DNA from: Felis catus
Taxonomy: Eukaryota
NCBI RefSeq assembly: GCF_018350175.1
Contig: NC_058368.1
Location: 147,190,001 to 147,254,000 of the forward strand
Direction: 5' to 3'
DNA: 64,000 nucleotides
The translations under genes and the position numbers were made by a program. The notes below the pieces were generated by a model. The model had not been told where the DNA came from. It worked only from the letters and a program-made list of their open reading frames with translations, and did no database searches. Positions 28,178-40,908 of the stretch are shown piece after piece; position 1 is the stretch's first letter, and every line of letters starts with the position of its first letter.

Positions 28178-28903
28178 TCAATACCTAGGGCTTTTCTCCC
28201 AGGGTGCCTGCAAATTCAGTTATCACTTCTTCAGGTCAGTCAGAAAGCTGGCGCATGGCTACCTCAGAGAGACACTCATTGCTGGGCATGAGTTTTTCCC
28301 ATGACATGTCCCCTATATGGTTCTCCTTTTAGGAAAATGGAAGGTCCCATCTCCCTATTTGCTCCCCTGGCCAGGCCTTCTATGTGTCAGAGGAGGTCTT
28401 ATTCTGCCTGGACATGTTCTTAGCCAGGCATTGTTTTAAGCTCTCCCAATGTTCTAGTACTGTCTGGAAGGTGCTTCATTACAGCACCAACTCTCTGTTT
28501 TTGCTGCATGACAATCAAATAGGCATTGACATTAGCTTTTTGTTCTTCGTCAAAGTAGTGAAGTGTTCATTTACAGATACATGGTGGTGGGGGGGGGGGC
28601 GCTTTTTAGTACAACTTCCAGTGCTGATTTGGCAGCCACCTGTAAGTCTCATGAACCAAAAGAAAAAAGGATACAGGAGCTGAATCTGGCCAGGCCAAGG
28701 ACCAATTGAATCTGAATTAAGTTAACTTACAGAGTGGTCAGTTAAATGCTTTGTAGAAGGTAGCTAGATTAGTTGACTGGGTGGCCACTACTCTATTTAG
28801 TTGTATGACCAACCTGCTTGCTCAGGCTGTCCTTTCCTTCCACTCTTTGATGGCTGAAGGTTCCTGTGTTGATTCACAATTACCATCTTCCCCAATTATT
28901 TTT

Positions 28904-29111
28904 TTTTTCAACGTTTATTTATTTTTGGGACAGAGAGAGACAGAGCATGAACGGGGGAGGGGCAGAGAGAGAGGGAGACACAGAATCAGAAACAGGCTCC
29001 AGGCTCTGAGCCATCAGCCCAGAGCCCGACGCGGGGCTCGAACTCACGGACCGCGAGATCGTGACCTGGCTGAAGTCGGACGCTTAACCGACTGCGCCAC
29101 CCAGGCGCCCC
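28904..29111 (-). mobile_element. Young felid SINE (SINEC_Fc type) with perfect 16-bp TSD
   Basis: TSD ttccccaattattttt at 28888-28903 and 29112-29127; CpGs retained. Confidence 0.97.
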
Positions 29112-29484
29112 TTCCCCAATTATTTTTAAGCTTAGAAAAATTTTGCCCAAATGTATTTCTTTTATATTCAGAATTTCATCATTTAATCAACTTTTTCAGG
29201 ATGAGGATTATGAGTATTCATAGATTATCATTTTGTTTATATACATAACTCAAGTAAGTTCTTCAATAATTCTCCCTGTTTTATTTTATAAAGTATCCTT
29301 GTCAAAGAGAAGAGAGGAAAAATGACATGTAAAATTGCTACTCTAACTAAAAAGGAAGGAGTGTATGAGTGTGTGTGTGGGGGGGGGTGGGTGTATGTGT
29401 GCGTATGTTCATGTGTAAGAGAGATGGAAGGTGTAGTGTGTCTTCATGTTTATTTCTTTCAACTGTGTCTGAAGAGATATCTTG

Positions 29485-29625
29485 ATTTAGAGGAAAAGAC
29501 ACTGAACTAGGAATCCCAAGCCAAAATTCTACATTCCTTCTAGTCCTGTTTTCGTCACTATCTGCGAGAGCCTGGGCAAACCACATCCCTATGTGTCTCA
29601 GTTTCTGCCTCTGAATTCTCATCTC
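29485..29625 (+). mobile_element. MIR fragment
   Basis: ggaaaagacactgaactagga...cctgggcaaaccacatccctatgtgtctcagtttctgcctctg. Confidence 0.65.
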
Positions 29626-30380
29626 CATCTGCCTTCTGATTTGTATAATGTGATACTCTAATAGTATAATATACATCAAAGCAGTAGCACTATGGAGTTT
29701 CTGTAAGGGTCCAACAATGATTAAGTGATATCATTATTGTTCTCATTAGCAGGTATTTGTGTCTGATTCTGGTTTAATCACAATGACTATTATCTTGTTA
29801 CCACCTTTTCCTAGTTTTTGTTTCTTTGGCGGAAAAAGGGCCACTTTGCGCTTCTTTGTAAACACTTCAAGAAAATCACTGCCCTATCATTTGATCCATC
29901 ATCACAAGACCCTACTCTCTTAGGCTTCCAGAAAGGCAAATAACCAGTATGTAAAATTCTTACTAAGGTGTATGCCAGCTCAACACAAATCCTCCTTTTA
30001 TTTGTGATAGAGGCTATCAGGTTAGAGCACCCCGAATTTACTGTCTCAAGTAAATTTACTGTCTGAAGTGACCACTCTGGTGGAAATTCAGGTCATACAC
30101 ATACTCAAAAGCCAAAATGGGATTCATAAAAGAGATGCACTTTGATCTCTGCAGAACTGTTGCCTCCCTTTTGGACCACAAAGTGTCAAGTTCTATGCCT
30201 AGCATGCACTGAGACCGATCCTGGGGAAGATGCGTGTATTAGCAACATTAACAATAACAAATACAAAATGTGCCAGTTCAATAAGTTAGGAACTCTGGAA
30301 GCAAATGATACTGATTTTGACCCAGATTCCATAATAAATGGAGGCTATGCAAACAACAAGGAAAATGTATACATATATGC

Positions 30381-30388
30381 ATACTTAC
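30381..30388 (-). promoter_or_regulatory. EDIL3: 5' splice donor of the EDIL3 exon
   Basis: Minus strand A|GTAAGTAT; the intronic part matches the GTAAGT consensus. Confidence 0.93.
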
Positions 30389-30502
30389 TGTATTGACAAT
30401 TTCTTCCCATGAATTCACCTGGGCACTCACAGGAATAGTTAGCAACAAGGTCTGTACATATTCCACCATTTTTGCATGGCTCTGCTTCACATTCATTTAT
30501 GT
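30389..30502 (-). CDS. EDIL3: Internal coding exon of EDIL3 (EGF-like repeats and discoidin domains 3 / Del-1), third EGF-like domain; probably exon 5
   Basis: Minus strand reads ...tctttctcttttcctcag|AC ATA AAT GAA TGT GAA GCA GAG CCA TGC AAA AAT GGT GGA ATA TGT ACA GAC CTT GTT GCT AAC TAT TCC TGT GAG TGC CCA GGT GAA TTC ATG GGA AGA AAT TGT CAA TAC A|gtaagtat = (N)[37 protein letters not shown](K). Six-Cys EGF pattern, canonical AG/GT sites, 114 bp, phase 1-1. I recognise the peptide as EDIL3 EGF3. Confidence 0.96.
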
Positions 30503-30540
30503 CTGAGGAAAAGAGAAAGAATAGAGAAAATGAGAATTAT
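30503..30540 (-). promoter_or_regulatory. EDIL3: 3' splice acceptor and polypyrimidine tract of the EDIL3 exon
   Basis: Minus strand ataattctcattttctctattctttctcttttcctcag directly precedes the exon. Confidence 0.93.
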
Positions 30541-32136
30541 TGGTGGAAAAAAAACGATTAATTATTGGAAGGATTTAGGCCTTTCAGATAAAACAAAATC
30601 TAAGTAATGTTATTACTTTTGTGTGTTTGTGAGTGTGTGTCTATGTGTTGAGTCAATAATAGAAACAGTGCTCAAAATCAACAACTGATTAATAATCAAG
30701 TTCAAATGAAATTGATAATCCCAACGAAAGACCAACAGAACCAGACCATTCTCCAATCCTGAAAATAAATATGAATAGTTTGGGGAAATATTCAGTGTAT
30801 CCTTAGAATTAAATGGAGCAAATTAACCCTGATAGAGAGATGAATTGGTATCACTTACAAGATCTAGAAACCTTCCCTGCAGCAACAACTGCCAATTAAC
30901 ACTGTCTCATTTCATCTTAATTCATTAAAATTCTAACTGACAGAGATGTTTTAGTTTCTAAATAGTTCGCCTTTGATGAATGCGATGAGAAGCAAATTAG
31001 AGTTAATAGCTAAAGCTCGTTACATTAAGCAAAGTATAATAAATGTAAATGATGATCTCTTCCTAATCTCATTCAGGGGTTTCTAAAATTAGGATGACTA
31101 AAGGGACTTATACCTTTGATATACCATTATTATACCTGATGCAAAATCATGAAATATAAAACATTCAGCAAATTATACTAATTTCCATGCTAATTTTGGA
31201 CAACAGATACAACGAATATGATTTTAAATGAAACAAGAAATAATGACTAATTCAGTCAAATATCTATCAGTGATAACTTACACATCATTCCCTCTAAGCA
31301 CGGCACCAGGCTAGGTTCTGTGGGAATTGGAAAGTAGTTGGAGAACACACAACCACTCCCCATTGCTTTCTCTTTCTATCATCTACTCCCGATGAACTCC
31401 TTCTCTGCCCTTGTTCCCACAGCTCCTTACAGACCTGAATGGGGTTGCCTAGGAATTGTCTATTTATGTGCCTTTCACCCTCTTACCTAGTCAAACTGCC
31501 AGCTCTACAGATGTAGACCCTGTCCTGCACTGTTCGTTGTATCTCTGTGAATGCCACACATTATCTGGGAGACCACTGGTACTCCCAAAATGTTTCTTGA
31601 TAAAATTTCTAACAAAGGATTAGAAATAGTGGCCCAGACAATTCAAGCAAATTGTTTCAGATGTGTAATGTATCTTTGATACACTACAATGTACCAAAAT
31701 GTATTTATTTTTAGGATCTGGGTTTCTACAGTGCTTAAAGCAATACGATCATAAATTACCCTCTCAAGACTGAAAAAAGAACAACATACCAGAAAGCCTC
31801 TATTTTGCCTTTTCTTTTTAACTTCTTTTTTCTAAACAATGTCTCCTCTTAGTATCAGTGTTGGTTATCCTCTCATTTTAAGTTTGCTGTAAAGTTAGGC
31901 CTAAAATTCCTTAGGCAGGTGATGACTTTCTCTGAAAAAGACATCCTTTTTGGTTTCTGGTTAACTGTCAAAGTTTGAGAGTAGAGACAATTCTTAACTG
32001 TGTTCAAAGAATCTAGATAATATGAGTAGTTTATGACATCAAATAATAGGATAAAATCAGAATCTGATAATCTTTAAAAATAGTTGTGTGCCATAAAATA
32101 TAACAACCTCCCTAATATTTGAAAATAAACTCTCCA

Positions 32137-32245
32137 GAGGAGGAAAGGAAGGAAGGAGAGAAGAGGGGGAGGGAGGAGGGGAAGAAAGGAGGAAGGGAGG
32201 AAAGACAGGAAGGGAGAAAGTGGGGAGGAGAGGAAGGGGGGAGGT
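32137..32245. repeat. Purine-rich (GGA/GGAA) low-complexity tract
   Basis: About 110 nt of almost only G and A. Confidence 0.9.
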
Positions 32246-33517
32246 TGCCATTTATTCCTTATCTGATGGAATATTTAGCTTTTTTATAGTCTTACTGAAA
32301 ATTTCACATAGTCTTGATTTATATTGGACTAACATGAAAAACATTTTCATTACATTTTGAAAGAAGCACAGAAATCACTGTGCTATTTATTTTATTGTTA
32401 GCTCAATGTAAGGCAATTGCAGCATCTGGCTACTTGGGAACATGCCTACTATGTCTCTCCTTGCATCATATTGACTACATTTTTTTTAGAGATGAGAATA
32501 TGTCAATGGCTAATAAGAAATTAAAACTTCATGTTGGAGAAGGAATTGCCTTATTTTATAAAGTCAGATATAACAAGTTATTCTTTTATTTACTTACAGG
32601 GAAGAAACTGAATATTGCTGTCTGAAGACCACATAAGGGAAATATAATTTGATCTTGAAGGAAAGGTTTAATTAAGATTAAAGACAGAAAGGGGATGGTA
32701 ATGTATTTCCAAAAAGGAAACCAGAATGAGTCACAACTTTGAAGAGAAACGTTCATGGTATGATGTTGTATTCAGGAACATGAATGAGTAGCCAGCCTGT
32801 TTGGAGCATAGAGTGCAAAGGCGGGTGCTGGGGCCCTAAATCTGAAGATGTAGACAGGGGACAGATTATGATGAACTGTGAGTGCCAGTAGAGAGAAATG
32901 GCCTTCATCTTTTGGCACTAAAGACTTGGAGCTGGGTGGGAGGGTATCCTCTGTACCCTTGTACTTCAGATAGACCTAGTGAAGCCAAATTTGGGATGGA
33001 ATTCAGAAATGAATGAAGGCAAGCAGAGTAGAGAGACCCACACAGGATTTCATGCTAATAGGTACAACCTCTTTTTAATTCTCAGGTAAGAGGCACTAAG
33101 CATTTTGTCATTTTAATGTTGAACTATCCATCATGAGTAAAATCAAACCCATCTCTTGCTGCTTTAAGATGTTAATAGAAGAAAGTTTTCATAGTCAACG
33201 ACATTGAGAACTATGAAGAATCATTTTATATGCCTGTAAGGATATGCAGGCACTGTTGTTCTTGGCTTCCTTACTTCTTCCAAGTATTTAAATGATAAAA
33301 AATACTTAATACATGTGAAAGGTGAATCGAATGGAGACACATCAACGTTTGAACCTTCTAGCTATTTGATCATCAGGCCAGATTTACAACCATCAACAAA
33401 GAAAATTATAATTTAGAATATCGGACTCTGAAATAAATAGTGACACTTTTATCCAGAGGTTAACATTATGCGGAATAAACTGGAACTGCATTTGCTGAAG
33501 TGAAAAACCATACACAG

Positions 33518-33741
33518 TTTTTTTTAAAAATTGTTTTTTAATGTTTATTTATTTTTGAGAGAGAGAGAGACAGAGTGCAAGCAGGGGAGGAGCAGAGAGA
33601 GAGGGAGACACAGAATCTGAAGCAGGCTCCAGGCTCTGAGCCATCAGCACAGAGCCCCATGTGGGGCTGGAGACCACAAATCATGGGATCATGACCTAAG
33701 TGAAGTTGGATGCTTAACTGAGTGAGAAACCTAGGCACCCC
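33518..33741 (-). mobile_element. CanSINE
   Basis: Full body; degenerate TSD ccatac(a/c)ca(g/a)ttttt. Confidence 0.94.
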
Positions 33742-36415
33742 TCTCCATACCCAATTTTTGATACAGAGTGACCTTTTATTATTGGTCCATTTTTTAATTT
33801 TTTAAGCTAAAAAACTACCTTAAATCTATTATTTGTAAAAATACAAATGTTACATTAAAGGGGTTACGTACTTTAATACAGTAGGCAAAAAAGTAAGACC
33901 TTTCCGTATAGGTACATATCTAATATCATGGAGACTCAGATAACATATGCAAATTACATGGAAGCATTTATATATTAGTATAAGGCAGGAGTTCTTTTAG
34001 CGGTGAAGGCTATTTGCTCTGTGATTAACACTGCAAGCAATCTAAACGGAAACAGACCTCAATTTGAATAAATCATGTTTAATTAAAGACTAGATATAAA
34101 TGTTCACAGAATATAATGCAATGAAATGAAAATTAAACATCTTTGTAATAAATCACATACATTTCTCTTTGTCATAGATCAAGACATTATCATTTCCAGA
34201 AAAAAAATCCTCATCTATTCCAAATGTAGTGAAATATACTACACTCTTTTATAGCTAAGAAAAATTTGACATAGCAGTCCCATACAAAATAGGAATTTCC
34301 ATATTTGGCCATATTTATAGTTCATTTATAATATTAATAGCCATCATTTTCTGAGGTTTTTATTTCTATGACTGCTTCATGGAAACTGTTTTAAAAAAAT
34401 AGCCTCATTCAGAATTGGATTTTATAATAAGACACCCAGCTGAGTTCTGATCCCTCATCCTGAAAGCCTAAAACTGCTGCCTACCATCTCCTCTGGCTGA
34501 GGACAATAAGAGCTGAACATGGATTTCCAGACGTAAACTCATGATGCTATTGTGTGTGCGTGCTGGAATTAAAAAGCAAGGTAAAGGAAGAAAGGAGAAG
34601 AAGACATGAGGGAATAGATAATTGGTCACAATAGAAAGCATTTCTTTGAACAAAAAGAAGTACTCTAGAAGGATTCCCAGGCCCTTTGCTCTAATTACAC
34701 AAATTCATTCCTAAGATACACCTAACTGACTCTATCATCATTATGTTGCACTTAGCCCGTTTTCATGCAGGCATGTAAAGGTGTGTTGGTAGACAAGCCA
34801 CTTTGGCTTAGGTTTTTGCTAATAGAAAAAATGCCAACCTATACACACTTTGGAGATTTCACTGTGAGAATCTTCTTCCAGTAACTGACAAATGCATATA
34901 TTCATAAGATCAGTCTGAGTACTCATGACCTTATACACATCTGCATCCTGAGAAGTGTTCAGTTACTAGCCTTTTTCTCTGGATGTTTTTCAGACCCATC
35001 ATTGTGCAAACTATAGTCCCAAAACCCATGATATTGACTTTGGAGTGGTAGGTAGGTTGTCAAAGAATTTTTGAGAATCAAGATTTTATTTGTTAGTTCA
35101 TTTATTTGAGACTTCAAAAAACAATGGCTTCTCTGGGCATAATTTCTTGTCACAGAAACCATGTTGCTTCTTTTCAGGTAATTATATTTAAACATTCAGT
35201 AATTCCATTCTTCATAATAGACTCAACCAGCTAGCCAAAAATGAAATGGAGATTTCTGAAGTCTAGTTCCCTTGAGCTTCCTCTGGAGACTTTTAAAATT
35301 ACTTGATTAACCAACTAATTAATTAATTAGTTCCAAATTTTCTCACATTTTTAATACATAGATTAAGAGAGATAACAGGTAGCAGTCCAGGGCCATCAGT
35401 GTTCCAGTTCATCCTTGAGTTTACCCAGAATCCTCAGGTAGATGCCATCTGGCCCCAGTAGTGCCGCTGCATTTACTTGCCAACATGGCTTAGAATGTTG
35501 TGAATACTGACCACCATTTAGATCAGGACAACCAATCCTTCTCAGGATGAGATCCATCTAACCTCTTGAATGGACACAAAGATAACTTAATTCAATCATG
35601 AAATTATCTCCTTTTCATCTCTATGTATATCCAGACCCATGATCGTCAAAAAGGAACAATTAAATTTCAGGCCGAGCATCCTTGTTTTCATATATTAAAA
35701 GGGCACCATGATAAAGCCCTTAATTTTTTTCTTTGCAGAGACAGAAAGCCCTTGGGCTGTCTCTTCTCCTGCAATGTTGTTATTGACTGTTAATTAGCCA
35801 GCAGAGCCTATTTTCAAGAGCCTGCTATTTTTGATCCTAACAACCCCTCTTCCCTGGGCCCCCCATTAGCTATCAAATAATTTTCGTACCTCTTATGAGT
35901 GGCTGACTTTTAAAATTTGACCTTTTATTTGTTTTTCTTATCTAAAGCTTATGGCTTTGCAATTTCTCTTTTAAGCCTAATAAATTACGATGAAAATCTA
36001 GAAATTCCGTTCTCCCACTCAGATATTGAATTAAATTATCATGATCAGAATTATCTACAAAATTTCCCACTCCTTTCTGGGACTAGTTCTGTATATTTTT
36101 ATGTGCTTGAGCTCCCTTTGGATTTTGCCTTCTGCTATTTCAATGTAATTCATTTTAAAGTAGCAAGTTAAAAACTGAATTCTTTAATCAGAACATATCA
36201 CAAATCTTTTTATAATAACATATTTATAACTTTCACTTACCAAGACAAGAATGTAAAAAAAAAAACAGCAAGCAAACCCAAATCATACTCAAATCATACT
36301 CAAGACATACTTATCCCTCACCACTTATTAACAAAGATCAGCCTACTTCTTTGGGGTAGAGGGGTTCTATTAAGGAAAATGAAGTTACCAGTGCTTGTTT
36401 TAAAAGCTAGAACTT

Positions 36416-36646
36416 CTATTTTATTTTTTAAACATTTTTTTTTAATTTGAGAGAAAGAGAGGAGGGAGAGAGAGAGAGAGAACCAGCCAGCAGGGGAGAG
36501 GGGCAGTGTGAGAGAGAGAGAATCTCAAGCAGGCTCCACGCTCAGTGCAGAGCCCAATAAGGGACTCTGCTCCACCATCCTGGGATCATGATGTGAACTG
36601 AAATCAAAAGTTGTATGCTCAACCAACTGAGCCAGGCAGGTGTCCC
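36416..36646 (-). mobile_element. CanSINE with 14-bp TSD
   Basis: TSD aaaagctag(a/g)actt at 36402-36415 and 36647-36660. Confidence 0.94.
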
Positions 36647-36790
36647 AAAAGCTAGGACTTTTAAAACATAACAATGCAAAGGCCCTACACCAGAGATTCT
36701 GATTTAAGTGGACTTGGGTGAAATGAAGTGAATAATACTGTTTGTACAGGAGTCCAGATGAGTCTAAAGGTAGCTAGAGTTAATAAACAT
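36647..36790. mobile_element. MER5-like hAT-Charlie relic
   Basis: ttaaaacatacaatgcaaaggccctacaccagagattctgatttaagtggacttgggtg resembles the recalled MER5A core. Confidence 0.55.
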
Positions 36791-37479
36791 CAGGTAGAAC
36801 CTCCTTAGTTCTTTGCTATACATCCTTAGTTCTTTGCTATACATCTATACATCCTTAGTTCTTTGCTATGTGCTAAGAATGCAAAGATTAATATATCGTG
36901 GTCCATTACTTTCTCAGGGCTCTTACAGTACAGTACTTACTCAAAGAAATAACCAGTTATGCTGCAAAGTGACAAACATTCTAACAAGAGAATGAATGCA
37001 CAGTTTCTCAAAAAAACTTCAAATATCAATAACTAAACCAGTCTAGCAGACTACAGAATGTTGAGTTTTAGAAAAGGAGTCTAGCTGACTGGAGAGAATG
37101 CTTCTGGGTTATCTACTCTGTAAAGTCATTTTTCTAAATTAATACACATCTCATTATTCTAAAGATCTGAGATTGACTGGTCATGGTCTAGTTCTTCGCT
37201 CCTAGTATAGAGTCATATATTTCCTAGTTTTTTTACTTTTATTATAGTATGTTATCATATATATACACATATATATTTCATATTTATAATGTTTTACCCA
37301 GAATTAACCACTCTGTTTTGTCACCTGCATTTCAAATTTGTTCACTTGCAGCTTTCTCTAGTTTTAGTCATCAACACTGATGATCAGCTATGTTGGATTT
37401 TTTCTAGAGTGAGTAATCAAACACTCATTACTAGCTAAGATGAGATTTATGTTGGAAGCATAGCTATGACTCATATGTT

Positions 37480-38040
37480 TACTTAACCACTCATTCACTC
37501 ACTCACTCATTAAAATTTTGATGGGCACCTTCCACGAATCAAGCCCTAAAATATGTAATGTTGGATACATCAGTGAATGGGGGGTCAGTTCCTACTCTAA
37601 GAGATCTCACCTTCTGTAATTCTGTTTGGGAGAGAGGTAATAAAATAGTGAAATACGTGTCCTACGCCACTTCACACAAAAGGTACTGCGATCATAGAAC
37701 AGGCAGTGGCTCTGCCTGGAGGAAATATGGAAAATTACTTACAGAAGGTAAGGTTTGGTTAGTGCTTAAAGGATTGGCAGGAATTTTTTAGTAGGAAGGA
37801 ATATAAAAGAACACAATGTTTTCAGGAAGAACTGAGCACTTTTAAATGTCTAGATATGCACAGGAACGATATGTGTGGGGCTCCTAGGGGGGGAAGTTAC
37901 TAGGTAGTATGGGCCAGATTTTTATGGCCCTATAAATCAGGTTAAGGAGTCTGAACTTTATAGTCCTTGGATACTGGGAAGTTAATAGAGTATTGAAGAA
38001 TGTGAAAGGGGGCATGGGATCTTTATTTTAGAAAGCTCAT
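37480..38040 (-). mobile_element. L2 fragment
   Basis: cactcattcactcactcactcatt tail followed by L2-like body ending ctttattttagaaagctcatt. Confidence 0.65.
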
Positions 38041-38215
38041 TCACATACTCTAGAATTTCATTACTGGGAACATTTTGGAAAAATAATTCAAAATGTCAGA
38101 AGGGAATTTTATGCTGACTCCATATTACTCAGACCACATAACATGCTGGCTACAGCCATGTATGTTTAAACATTTTAGTTGGGTTTGAAACTAAACACAC
38201 AGATTTCCTAATATT

Positions 38216-38334
38216 TAGGGTTGCCAGACTTGGCTGCAAACATACAAGATGCCTGTGTAATATCTGGCTCATGCTTAAAAAAAAGTTTATCTGAAATTCA
38301 AATGTAGCATCCTGTATTTTATCTGGGAATCCTA
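38216..38334. mobile_element. MER53-like hAT MITE with terminal inverted repeats, internally deleted
   Basis: tagggttgccaga...tctgggaatccta TIR pair plus tttatctgaaattcaaat and gcatcctgtattttatctgg. Confidence 0.8.
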
Positions 38335-38599
38335 CTTAAATTGCCAAATAGAATGTGATTTCTCCATATTTTCTTTCTTTCCTTTTATAGAAGCACTTTA
38401 ATTTTCAGCATATGGTCATGCTTTTCATTTTGTACATTCAGCAGACCTCAAGGAAAACTACCTGCAGTGGAAAATTATTATTGACAAATGAGTCTTCCTC
38501 AGGCTTTTGCTATCGCTAAAATTCATTGCTTGCTTTCTGCAAACTGTTTCATAATCTTTAGAGTTTAGAGTTACCTCTATGTAAGCTTCAGTACTACAT

Positions 38600-38850
38600 A
38601 TACAGACAAACAGCACTTCAGGGTGACAGTAATAAGTATTTCCACTTATTTGTATATTGCTTACTATGTGCCAAATATTTGTTGAAGCATTTTATGTATA
38701 ACATGACACGCTGTGAGCTAGTAACCATGAACATAATGAGGAAATGGAGACATTAAAAATGTAAATAACTTGCCCAGGGTCACACAGGTGGTAAAACTGA
38801 GATTAAAACCCAGAAAGTGTGTCTCAAGAATCCATGTTATTCACCAACAT
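38600..38850 (-). mobile_element. MIR
   Basis: gcttactatgtgccaaa...atgaggaaatggagac...taacttgcccagggtcacacagg. Confidence 0.85.
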
Positions 38851-39284
38851 GCTTCAGCTCCACTAGCAAATATTAGTATTCCCTCTTCACCATCACTTTA
38901 CCATCACTTGCCTTTGGGTTCTACTCTATGTGCTAAGGACAGATATAGAATAAAATATAATTCTCAACAACTAAATGTTTGTAATGTCCTAGTAATATTA
39001 GCATCAGTGCTCTAGGTCAAAGAATCCAATCCTAAAGTCTCAGTTAGAAATAGATTTTCCTGTCAATTCCTTTATTTCTCTTAGTAATTTTTCTCAAAAT
39101 CTTAAGTGATTTGGGTTTAATGGACATTTGTTCTAATTTTATTCCTGTTTACTGAGAAATGGATTTCTTTGGATCCTACATTCTTTTATACATGTCTTTT
39201 AACTTTACATTCATATGAAGGAAATGTATATACTTTAGCCTTTTCTTTATAGAGGGCATTGATATATTTTCTACCTGTACAATT

Positions 39285-39368
39285 ATTTTTTTTCAGGGGT
39301 GATAATACACATTCCTTTAAAATATTTATTTGAAAGAATGCATACATACAGAAAAGCACACAAAACAA

Positions 39369-39407
<39 letters not shown>

Positions 39408-39975
39408 AGTTAAATGAATTATTGTTATGAGACAACCTGTGTAACAAGCACAAAGGCCGAGCACAAAAACACTGCTAGTACTCTAAAAGTCTTCACAGGC
39501 CCCTTCCAGATTTCCTCCAGCCTCACAAAGGTAATTGATCTCCCGCTTATTAAGGCAATCATAGACTCACTCTTTGTGTGGTTTATAATTTTACTACTTA
39601 ACTATGCATTCCTATAAGAGGACCATTTATTCCTATCTATATTTGAACTTTACAGTAAAAAAAATCTTTCAGTGTGTGTTCTTCTGTTTGTGGTTTCATT
39701 CACACTGTTGTTGCAGGTGACTGCAGTGAATTTATTTTCATTGCTTTACAATATTTCACAGTGAAATGTATCACAAGGCACTTTCCCTTTCTACTGCCTA
39801 TGGCATTTATGCTGTAGCTGGGAATAAAAGCATCAGGGAACATGCTTGTACATGTCTCTGGATGCCTAAGTATACTGAATTTGGGGGGAAGGGTACACCT
39901 AGTAGAGAAACGACAGAGTCATTTGGTTTTTAAATGCCAATCTGGTTTTTAAAATGGTTGCACTCCTATCAGCAA
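39285..39975 (-). mobile_element. Ancient L1 (L1M-type) 3' region
   Basis: atacatacagaaaagcac...gtgaatttattttcattgc...gaacatgcttgtacatgtctctgg...aaatggttgcactcctatcagcaa resembles a reverse L1 ORF2 end/3'UTR. Confidence 0.65.
39367..39408. repeat. (AAAT)n microsatellite
   Basis: Read directly. Confidence 0.95.
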
Positions 39976-40691
39976 TTTAATCCATAACATTTTTGGCAAT
40001 ACAAACTGTGTGAAACTTGCAGGTAACCACTTATTCCACTTCACATACAAGTTATAAGTAGAAAGGCTTAACACCAATATATCCCTGTAAGATATATTTT
40101 TAACAAGAGAGGCTTTTAAGGGAACAAATTAGAACTCTCAATTCACTGGGTTGAATTATTTTTCCCTTCAACGACTGCAACTTGTTTAGAAAAGTTAAGA
40201 CAGTAACTTAGGCTAAAAATAATGAACCACTGAAGGCATGTCAACCACTGAAGGCATGTCAACAATGCCACATTGAAATAACTGTTACTGCTATGCAGTT
40301 AAATTTTGTATATACAGAAAAATAATTTCACTTAATTCTAGAATTAATTTCTTAAAAATAACTCTATAAATCAACTCTCACCTACAGATACACATAGACC
40401 AGATAATAAAATAAGAATACTTCCTGCTCCTACATTTTAACATCTTTGAAATTTTATGTTATAGGTGTAATTAAAAATCTGTTAAAAGTGATGAATTCTG
40501 TTCTACTTCTAAAGCTACTTGAGGATTACATGAGGTAACTTGTGGGGGAAAATTCTTATAAATTTAAGGACCGTAAAAAGAATTATCTACATTTTTATAA
40601 TATGGACTAATCTGTATATGCATTCTTCTATAGAATGTTTCTTGGTCATGTTGTTGCTGAATGAAAATGTATGAACATCTAAAAAAATGTA

Positions 40692-40900
40692 TTTTCAACA
40701 TTTATTTATTTTTGAGAGGAAGAAAGAGACAGGTGTGAGCAGATGAGGGTCAAAGAGAGAGGGAAACACAGAATCCAAAGTAGGTTCCAGGTTCTGAGTG
40801 GTCAGCATGGAGCCCGACATGGGGCTTGAACTCTCAAACTGTGAGATCATGACCTGAGCTGAAGTTGGACGCTTAACTGACTGAGCCACCCAGGCGCTCC
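40692..40900 (-). mobile_element. CanSINE (first of a tandem pair)
   Basis: Full body ending gagccacccaggcgctcc. Confidence 0.94.
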
Positions 40901-40908
40901 TAGGTACA

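Larger units (their letters stand above)
1..30388 (-). other. EDIL3: EDIL3 intron downstream of the EGF3 exon (continues past the window start)
   Basis: Follows the donor site. I could not find the next exon (first discoidin domain, recalled as KCSGPLGIEGG...) in the window. Confidence 0.8.

Noticed and set aside
27621..29248. ORFs with similar peptides (GQRETEHERGRGRERGRH..., GAPGWRSRLSVRLQ...), also at 61603-61839
   Set aside because: They are translations of SINE bodies, not a gene family.
30142..30496. Two listed ORFs overlapping the exon
   Set aside because: One is antisense and the other out of frame with the spliced EDIL3 exon; neither resembles a known protein.
36802..36870. Short direct repeats as a CRISPR-like array
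   Set aside because: Mammalian intron, no unique spacers, no cas genes; a simple tandem duplication.
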